From: Spirochaetaceae bacterium
GTDB taxonomy: Bacteria; Spirochaetota; Spirochaetia; SZUA-6; Fen-1364
DNA: 38,074 bases
Direction: 5' to 3'
NCBI GenBank assembly: GCA_003170115.1
Contig: PMZS01000194.1
Location: 1 to 38,074, forward strand
The translations under genes were made by a program, and so were the position numbers. How positions within the stretch are numbered: the stretch's first letter is position 1; each line of letters begins with the position of its first letter. The notes below the pieces were generated by a model that saw nothing but the letters and a program-made list of their open reading frames with translations, was not told where the DNA came from and searched no databases. Below are positions 31,934-38,074 of the stretch, piece by piece.

Positions 31934-33076
31934 GTGAACGGGAGAGACCCACTCGAGTCCGCCGAGCATCCCATCCCCGAGCAGACGCTGCGGCGTATTC
32001 CGCTCTATCACCAGATTCTCGCCGAGATGCAGGCACGCAGCGAGGCCTACGTCTCCTCCCGGCATCTGGCCCAGTTCTTCCGCATCGACGATACGCAGGT
32101 CCGCAAGGACGTCTCCCTCATCGGCTACAAGGGCAAGCCAAAGGCAGGCTACTCGATCCTTGGTCTCAAAAAAGCAATCGAGGAATTCCTCGGGATCAAC
32201 TACGAGAACACCGCCATCCTCATCGGCGCCGGACGGCTCGGCTCGGCTCTCAGCCAGTATCCCGGGCTGGCCGAATACGGACTGCGGCTGGTGGCGATTT
32301 TCGACAATGACGCGGCCCGGACCGGCACCGTGCTGGGCACCTTCACCATCCTCCCAATGGAGTCGCTCCAGAGGGTCGTGCGGAGCTTCGACGTGGGTAT
32401 CGCGATCCTCTGCGTCCCCAAGGATGCCGCCCAGAGCGTTGCGGGCCGCGTGGTCTCGCTTGGCATCAAAGCGATCTGGAACTTCTCCCCGACCCAGCTC
32501 ACCGTCCCCGCGGATGTCATCATCCGGCACGAAAACATCGCGCTGGGCCTCGCAATCCTTTCTCACTACCTGAAGCGCCGGAAGAAGCAGGATTCCTCCG
32601 CCTCGGCGGCCGGGGTCAGGGAGAACCCGCCGCAGAAGCTCATCGATATCTTCGCTCGCTGCCAGCCGAAACGGGAGTTTCTCGTCCAGATCCTTGAAGA
32701 AACCCAGAAAGCCCTCGGATACATCTCGCGGGAATCGATCGGCCACATTGCCGATTTCCTCAACATCTCCCCTGAGCGGGTCGTGGAGGCCGCGGCATTC
32801 TACCCGCTTTTCCGCACCGAGCCCCCTGCCCGCTACCGCATTGCCCTGTGCCGGGGCGAGACGTGTTCACGCAAAGGGTCCGAGGACCTGCGCGAGGTCA
32901 TCGGGCGCGAGCTGCACATCGCTGATGGCGAGACGACCGCGGATGGAAAGTTCAGCCTGGAAATGGTCCCCTGCCGCGGCTTATGCGCCGAAGCGCCGAC
33001 CGTGAGCGTGAACGACCGCATTATCCCTGTACGGTCAGCCGAGGATTTCGCTTCCCACCTTCGCACCCTCGCTTGA
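31934..33076 (+). CDS. rex: Redox-sensing repressor Rex fused to a NuoE/HydC-type thioredoxin-like [2Fe-2S] ferredoxin domain
   Basis: GTG 31934. Rex: IPEQTLRRIPLYHQIL, SSRHLAQFFRIDDTQVRKDVSLIGYKGKPKAGY, Rossmann ILIGAGRLGSAL, IAILCVP. After the linker KRRKKQDSSAS: ILEETQKALGYISRESI...VVEAAAFYPLF...RIALCRGETCSRKGS...EMVPCRGLCAEAPTVSVN (Cx4C...Cx3C). Confidence 0.85.
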   Translation: MNGRDPLESAEHPIPEQTLRRIPLYHQILAEMQARSEAYVSSRHLAQFFRIDDTQVRKDVSLIGYKGKPKAGYSILGLKKAIEEFLGINYENTAILIGAGRLGSALSQYPGLAEYGLRLVAIFDNDAARTGTVLGTFTILPMESLQRVVRSFDVGIAILCVPKDAAQSVAGRVVSLGIKAIWNFSPTQLTVPADVIIRHENIALGLAILSHYLKRRKKQDSSASAAGVRENPPQKLIDIFARCQPKREFLVQILEETQKALGYISRESIGHIADFLNISPERVVEAAAFYPLFRTEPPARYRIALCRGETCSRKGSEDLREVIGRELHIADGETTADGKFSLEMVPCRGLCAEAPTVSVNDRIIPVRSAEDFASHLRTLA

Positions 33077-33101
33077 CAGCGAATACCAGCTCGGATTCAC
33101 T
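33073..33101 (+). promoter_or_regulatory. Possible internal promoter for mazG at leaderless spacing
   Basis: TTGACA (33073-33078, overlapping the rex stop codon), 17 nt, TTCACT (33096-33101), 7 nt, ATG 33109. No SD. The -10 match is weak. Confidence 0.25.
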
Positions 33102-33108
33102 GGCCCCC

Positions 33109-33921
33109 ATGCCAGACGCACCCGGCGCATTCGCGCGTCTTCTCGCCATCATCCAGCGGCTTCGCGGTCCTGATGGATGTCCCTGGGACCGCGAGCAGAG
33201 CCCTCGGACCCTCCGGGCCTCTCTGATCGAAGAGGCTTGGGAGTGCGTGAGCGCAATCGACAACGCCGACGATCCGAACACGGAGGAGGAGCTGGGCGAC
33301 CTGTATCTCCTTGTGACGATGATGGCGTGGATGAAAGAGCAGGAGGGCACTTTCACGGTCGAATCGGCGCTCACGCATATAGCCGATAAGCTGGTCAGGC
33401 GACACCCCCACGTTTTCGGCGGGGCAGCGCGCGGGAATGCCGAGCAGGTACTCGTCCAATGGGATGCGATAAAGGCTCAGGAGAAAACCTCGAGAGCAGT
33501 TCCCGCCTCGTCGCTGGACGGCGTGCCGGCGTCATTCCCTCCGTTGGAGAAGGCGGCGAAGCTCCAGAAGAAGGCCGCGAAAGCAGGGTTTGACTGGCCG
33601 GGCCCGGAGCCGGTGTGGGACAAGATCGATGAAGAGCTGGGCGAGCTGCGCAGCGCGCTTCAGGCCGGAGCCCCGGTGGAGATCGAAGCGGAGCTCGGCG
33701 ACCTCCTGTTCTCCGTGGTCAACCTGTCACGGCTGCTGGAAGTGGATCCCGCCCTCGCGCTCCACCGCACGAACGTGAAGTTCGAGCGCCGTTTCCGAGA
33801 GGTGGAACGGAGACTGGCGGAAGAAGGGGCCACGCCGGTGGAGGCGGGGCTTGTTCGGATGGACGCGCTCTGGAATCAGGTCAAGGCTGAAGAATCGGAT
33901 GCACAGAATACCTCAAAATAG
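33109..33921 (+). CDS. mazG: Nucleoside triphosphate pyrophosphohydrolase MazG
   Basis: From ATG 33109: FARLLAIIQRLRGPDGCPWDREQSPRTLRASLIEEAWE, EELGDLYLLV, KLVRRHPHVFG, and a second MazG repeat EELGELRSAL...ELGDLLFSVVNLSR. Confidence 0.9.
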   Translation: MPDAPGAFARLLAIIQRLRGPDGCPWDREQSPRTLRASLIEEAWECVSAIDNADDPNTEEELGDLYLLVTMMAWMKEQEGTFTVESALTHIADKLVRRHPHVFGGAARGNAEQVLVQWDAIKAQEKTSRAVPASSLDGVPASFPPLEKAAKLQKKAAKAGFDWPGPEPVWDKIDEELGELRSALQAGAPVEIEAELGDLLFSVVNLSRLLEVDPALALHRTNVKFERRFREVERRLAEEGATPVEAGLVRMDALWNQVKAEESDAQNTSK

Positions 33922-36167
33922 CCCGCGGGCTGCAGGCCGCGGCCCGTGGCCCACGTCGAGATGCGCGTGGCAGTGCTCGATTCCCACGTGCCCTCAGCCT
34001 GCATCGTCTTGCGGATGGAAGGGCCGGATGCCGGGAGCCGCAGCACCCGGCTTTGGCCCTGCCGGTCGGTCACTTCAAAGTCCGCTCCCCAGTACAGGGA
34101 CATGAGGGAGCGCCGCCGGGCAGAGCCGCTGTCCGCAGCAATCCCCGCGCGCAGGACGCGCAGACCTTCCGGCAAGCCGTCGTTCACGCGGGCAACATAG
34201 CTCTCCGCCGAATCAAAGTCGTGCAGGTCGATTCCCGCAACCTCCTGGTCCGAATTGAGTCCGAGGCTCAGGGGATTGGCGAACTCCAGTCTCGGCTTGG
34301 GGTTGTAGCCTTCCGTGAATCGAGCCGAGTATCCGGCGCGAGCCACCGCCCGTTCGAAGACGGTCATGAGATCGAGGTGGGAAATGAAGGCGGCGGCGCC
34401 CGTCTTGGAAAATGCAAAAATCAGGCGCTGCCATGGGCCATGGGAGCCTCCAGGGACCTCGTGGGCGCGCAGCCTCGAGCTGGGCGGGCCTGGGGCCGCC
34501 TGATTGGGCGGCAAGTCCGTGACGGCGCTCGTGGAGAGAGCCAGCGAAATCCGGTCCCAGGGCAGCGCTTCCTGTGGCGCGCGAATCCTGCATGTTTCAC
34601 CGAGGACATCCCAGTCCGCGCCCGCAATGACCTGTCGCCACAGGTCCAGCTTGACGTGCTCTTCCCAGGCATCCAGTCGGGCCCCGCGCCGGTAGGCTTC
34701 CAGCACGAGCCTCCCGGCCCTTTCGTCTCCCCGTGAGACAATGCCCTCCAGAAGGGAAAGGATGGGCGCGTGGTAGCCAATCTTGAAGCCGTCTCCCGCA
34801 AGGCTCTTCCGGACAGACATGATCCGGTCCATGGCCGGCCCTTCAGCGATCTGCTCCGTGCGCTGCCAGGGAGTATGCGGCTTCGGAATGAAAGCGGCCA
34901 CGTTCACGTTCAGGCTCATGCCAGTCGCCGCGCGCACGGCACGCAGGAAATCCACGATCGGCGTCGTCTCGTCCTTGTCGAATGAGGGGGGCAGCCCCAC
35001 CATGAAGTAGAATTTCGCCGCTTTCCAACCCTGCGCCTTCGCCTCCCGGAGAAGGCCGATCACCTTGTCCTGCGCAACGCTCTTCCGCACTTCATGCTGC
35101 CACTCCGGGGTCGCCGTCTCTACTGCAAATGTCAACCCGCTCTTTCTCACCTCGGAAATGTCTTTCAGAAGCCCCAGCGCAAGGGAGTCCACCCTGAGAG
35201 AGGGAAGCGCAAAAGAGACCTTGCGCGGAGCGTAGAGCGCGTTCAGCTCACGCACGAGGCCGTGGATTCCGCGGAAATCTCCCGAGGAGAGCGACGAGAG
35301 CGTGACTTGCCGGTATCCGGCGCGCTCGACGAGAGACTGCACCTCCCCGGCGATTGCATCGAGCTCCTTCAATCTCCCAGGTCGATACAGAACCGTCGCG
35401 TGGCAGAATCGACAGGCATTCGGGCACCCGCGCATGATCTCCACCGTCCCGTGATCCTGCACGACACGCATGCTGGGAACCGGAGAAAAGGTGTCCGCCC
35501 TGCAAGAGGCAAACCCGCGCCAGAACGCCCGGCGCACCATGTCCGGCTTCCCCCTGTGCCAGATGCTGGGCTGAGCCCGCAGGTACGCAAGCAGGTCCGA
35601 CCTGTTCGCGCCCCGGCGTTTCAGCGCAACAAGGGCGGGGAAGGTCGCGTGAACCCAGCCTTCTGCCTCGCCGATGAATACCACATCCGCGAAGGATCCG
35701 AGGGGGGCCGGGTTGGTCGCCGCCGGACCGCCGACAATTACGATCGGTTCCTTCTCCCCGCGCTGAGAAGCCTCAAGGCAAATGCCTCCCGTCTCGAGGA
35801 TCGCGAGCAGATTAGTGAGCGTGAGCTCGTAGCCGAAGGAGAACCCCAGCAGGTCGAACTCGGAGAGCGGCGTGCCGGATTCCAGCGAACGCAGAGGCAT
35901 CCCCGCCGCCTTCAAGGCCGCCTCGAAATCGGGCGCCGGGGCGAAGACGCGCTCACAGGCGACATCCGGCATTGAGTTCAGGAGGTTGTACAGGATCCGG
36001 ATAGCGGAGTTGGACATCCCGATCTCGTACAGGTCGGGGTACGAGAGGGCGATCCTCAGCGCCGTGCCTGTCTTGGTGATCGCGCCGAACTCCCCGCCCA
36101 CGTATCGGCCGGGCTTTTCAACCTTCCGAAGCAGCTCGGCGAGGTCCCTCGGAATCAGCGCCGCCAT
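33876..36167 (-). CDS. B12-binding-domain radical SAM protein fused to a DUF2344-type C-terminal domain (TIGR03960/TIGR03936-like)
   Basis: N-terminus LLRKVEKPGRYVGGEFGAI...ALSYPDLYEIGMSNSAIRILYNLLN. Radical SAM motif CPNACRFC. C-terminal FSKTGAAAFISHLDLMTVFERAVARAGY...TEGYNPKPRLEFANPLSLG. The start lies 1 nt after the rodA stop. Confidence 0.9.
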   Translation of the reverse strand: MAALIPRDLAELLRKVEKPGRYVGGEFGAITKTGTALRIALSYPDLYEIGMSNSAIRILYNLLNSMPDVACERVFAPAPDFEAALKAAGMPLRSLESGTPLSEFDLLGFSFGYELTLTNLLAILETGGICLEASQRGEKEPIVIVGGPAATNPAPLGSFADVVFIGEAEGWVHATFPALVALKRRGANRSDLLAYLRAQPSIWHRGKPDMVRRAFWRGFASCRADTFSPVPSMRVVQDHGTVEIMRGCPNACRFCHATVLYRPGRLKELDAIAGEVQSLVERAGYRQVTLSSLSSGDFRGIHGLVRELNALYAPRKVSFALPSLRVDSLALGLLKDISEVRKSGLTFAVETATPEWQHEVRKSVAQDKVIGLLREAKAQGWKAAKFYFMVGLPPSFDKDETTPIVDFLRAVRAATGMSLNVNVAAFIPKPHTPWQRTEQIAEGPAMDRIMSVRKSLAGDGFKIGYHAPILSLLEGIVSRGDERAGRLVLEAYRRGARLDAWEEHVKLDLWRQVIAGADWDVLGETCRIRAPQEALPWDRISLALSTSAVTDLPPNQAAPGPPSSRLRAHEVPGGSHGPWQRLIFAFSKTGAAAFISHLDLMTVFERAVARAGYSARFTEGYNPKPRLEFANPLSLGLNSDQEVAGIDLHDFDSAESYVARVNDGLPEGLRVLRAGIAADSGSARRRSLMSLYWGADFEVTDRQGQSRVLRLPASGPSIRKTMQAEGTWESSTATRISTWATGRGLQPAGYFEVFCASDSSALT

Positions 36168-36168
36168 C

Positions 36169-37509
36169 CTAGTATCGGAGCCTTCGCCTGCTGATATTCA
36201 TGAGGATTCCCACCCCGATAAGCCCTGCCCACAGCGAGGATCCTCCATAGGACAGGAACATCAGCGGGATGCCCGTGACCGGCATGATTCCAATGGCCAT
36301 GCCCACGTTGACCATTACGTGGAAAAAGATCATGGAAAGAATCCCCGTACCGGCGAGCATGGCGTAATCTTCACGTGACGCCCAGACGATGCTGATTCCG
36401 CGCATGAGGATCGCGAGAAAAAGGCCAAAGACCAGCAGCCCTCCAAGGAACCCCCATTCCTCCGCGAGGATAGAGAATATGAAATCGGTGCTCTGCTGCG
36501 GCAGAAACTGGTAGTGACTCTGCGTGCCGTGCAGCCAGCCCTTCCCGAGCAGGCCGCCGGAACCGATGGCGGTCACGGACTGGATGATATTCCAGCCCGC
36601 TCCCTGGGGATCGATCTGCGGGTTGACAAAGATCACCAGCCGCATGATCTGGTAGTCCTTCAGGACGATCCTCAGGGCTGTGGACAACAATCCCCCGGTG
36701 ACGAACAGCCCCGCGGCCCATGCGATCCAGAAATAGTGCCGCTGACGGAAGGATCGCCATCCCAGGAACGCCAGACCCGAGACCACGGCAGCCGCCAGCA
36801 GGAGATATTTCATGATGTCCGGATCCGAGAGGAGCCCGAAAAAGGACGCTCCGCCAGACCCCGCACGTGCGTGCAAGGTAGGGATCGCGGCGAGGATGAA
36901 AGCGAACACTCCGGCGAACAGGATGAAGAGGAGATGGCGGACCTGTGCTCCGGCGACGAATCCCATCAACAGGAATATGGGGAGGAACGCCAGCGCTTCT
37001 CCCATATCCGGTTGCAGGAGGATCAGGGCAATCGGCACGAGAACGATCACAAGACCGAGGAGAAAACGCGGAAGCTCTCGAACACCATTGCCGATTCCGG
37101 CAAAATAGGCGGAAAGAAACAGAATGGTCGCGATCTTCATGAATTCCGCGGGCTGGATGCCGATTTCTGAAAACCCCAGCCAGGATCGGGCGCCGTTCAC
37201 CTGCCGGCCAATGACCAGGGTGAGAAGGAGCAGGAAGAGACACCCGGCATAGATGTACAGAGAGAACATCCGGAGCGTCGTGTAGCTGAGCAGTGCGAAG
37301 CACACGAGCAGGACCATGCCGGACAGGGACCAGACGATCTGGCGGATGAACTCCGCCGAAACCTGCACGCCGCTCGCGTTGATACCGCTGGAGTAGATGA
37401 AAAGGATGCCCACGCCCAGGAGGACGATGGTCGCCCCGAAGAGAACCATGTCGAATGACGCGAGGGTGAGCTTCCTCAATCCACCCTTCCCACCACCGGT
37501 GCGTACCAC
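36169..37509 (-). CDS. rodA: Rod shape-determining protein RodA (SEDS family)
   Basis: About 10 TM segments. GARSWLGF..IQPAEFMKI, NIIQSVTAIGSGGLLGKG, LPQQSTDFIFSILAEEWGF and MPVTGIPLMFLSYGGSS are SEDS signatures. Start is GTG 37509 or TTG 37479 (the latter overlaps the mrdA stop as TTGA). Confidence 0.9.
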   Translation of the reverse strand: MVRTGGGKGGLRKLTLASFDMVLFGATIVLLGVGILFIYSSGINASGVQVSAEFIRQIVWSLSGMVLLVCFALLSYTTLRMFSLYIYAGCLFLLLLTLVIGRQVNGARSWLGFSEIGIQPAEFMKIATILFLSAYFAGIGNGVRELPRFLLGLVIVLVPIALILLQPDMGEALAFLPIFLLMGFVAGAQVRHLLFILFAGVFAFILAAIPTLHARAGSGGASFFGLLSDPDIMKYLLLAAAVVSGLAFLGWRSFRQRHYFWIAWAAGLFVTGGLLSTALRIVLKDYQIMRLVIFVNPQIDPQGAGWNIIQSVTAIGSGGLLGKGWLHGTQSHYQFLPQQSTDFIFSILAEEWGFLGGLLVFGLFLAILMRGISIVWASREDYAMLAGTGILSMIFFHVMVNVGMAIGIMPVTGIPLMFLSYGGSSLWAGLIGVGILMNISRRRLRY

Positions 37510-38074
37510 GGCTTCAGCGTTGCAATCGCCTCATCGTAGGTCTGGTGCGCGAAAATGCCCTGGAAGATGAGGTTGGCGGCCTTCGGCGCCCACCATTCCC
37601 AGTTGTCGGAGGCTTCCACCATGACCGCGACGACGACCCGGTCATCGAGAGACGACGTCTCGTAGGGGCCATACGCCACGAACCACGAGTGCCAGGACTT
37701 GATCTCCACGCCGGCCACGACCTGCGCGGTGCCGGTCTTGCCCGCGATGTCCACGGCCTTCGTCGTCATGACAGGGCCCGCGGTCCCCTTTGTGATGACG
37801 CCGCGCAGCGCCTGCTGGACGGTCTGAAAGGACTGGCGGCTGACGGGGGACTCATGGAGGACCTCAGGTTTCATCTCGGTGATCACCTGGCCCGTCCGCG
37901 GGTCGGTGGTCCGCAGGAGCACGTGGGGGAGGTAGACGACCCCCTCGTTCACGACCATCGCCATCGTATCGGCGAGCTGCAGCGGGGTCATGGTCACGTC
38001 ACCCTGGCCGATGGAGATGTTCAGCGTGTCGCCGCCGACCCACTGCTTGTGCTTGACCTTTTCCTTCCACTCGG
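37476..38074 (-). CDS. mrdA: Penicillin-binding protein 2 (transpeptidase), C-terminal part; 5' end outside the window
   Basis: The frame stays open to the window edge (...EWKEKVKHKQWVGGDTLNISIGQGDVTMTPLQLA). KTGTAQ (KTG box). HSWFVAYGPY. Immediately upstream of rodA. Confidence 0.9.
   Translation of the reverse strand, partial: EWKEKVKHKQWVGGDTLNISIGQGDVTMTPLQLADTMAMVVNEGVVYLPHVLLRTTDPRTGQVITEMKPEVLHESPVSRQSFQTVQQALRGVITKGTAGPVMTTKAVDIAGKTGTAQVVAGVEIKSWHSWFVAYGPYETSSLDDRVVVAVMVEASDNWEWWAPKAANLIFQGIFAHQTYDEAIATLKPWYAPVVGRVD

Noticed and set aside
31685-32746. 353-aa minus-strand ORF
   Set aside because: Antisense to the UPF0164 3' end and the Rex domain. Arg/Pro/Gly-rich and without recognisable motifs.
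35094-37303. ORFs 35094..35975 (+), 36371..37303 (-, alternative frame) and 36514..37170 (+)
   Set aside because: They overlap the radical SAM gene or rodA, whose frames are fixed by strong family motifs. The composition is shadow-ORF-like.
1-38074. Defence systems, toxin-antitoxin pairs, transposases, rRNA, riboswitches
   Set aside because: I looked for nuclease/helicase/methylase pairs, small adjacent ORF pairs, terminal inverted repeats and long structured leaders, and found none I could support from sequence alone.

Overview
GC-rich (by eye above 60 %) chromosomal segment that reads as a spirochaete, Treponema/Spirochaeta-like. The lineage markers are the periplasmic-flagellum sheath protein FlaA, a UPF0164/FadL-like outer-membrane protein and a spiro-SPASM-type radical SAM enzyme. 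I call 1 tRNA (Val, next to a decayed integrase stub at the left edge) and 29 protein genes. They are tightly packed and many are translationally coupled. Housekeeping genes: xseA-xseB, an rlmI-like methyltransferase, ychF, mazG, rodA and the 3' part of mrdA (PBP2). Four unusual blocks stand out. (i) 649-6448: a CheA homologue with an intact HPt His but a degenerate kinase core. It is divergent from a REC-PilZ response regulator that is followed by two signal-peptide, beta-rich (OMP-like) genes converging on flaA. (ii) 6445-14486: a seven-gene, overlap-coupled minus-strand operon ending about 70 nt upstream of flaA. Gene order is NTP-transferase-like/radical SAM/SPASM, GT-A-like, SpsF-like cytidylyltransferase, PseG-like/Zn-ribbon/methyltransferase fusion, ATP-grasp ligase, Amidase_3, GerMN. 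This is my best candidate for an uncharacterised glycan, cell-wall or flagellar modification system. (iii) 21649-30661: a three-gene ATGA-coupled operon encoding a 1054-aa TPR-like protein, a 1596-aa BNR/FN3-3TM-HAMP-PP2C(SpoIIE) sensor phosphatase and a 354-aa secreted protein. (iv) 31934-33076: a Rex repressor fused to a NuoE/HydC-type [2Fe-2S] domain. Non-coding observations: two short intergenic repeat/palindrome arrays, a consensus sigma70 promoter for flaA, and promoter-like hexamers at leaderless distance in front of SD-less genes. I saw no CRISPR array, rRNA, transposase or recognisable defence/TA genes. All domain calls come from reading motifs by eye and none were verified by a search.
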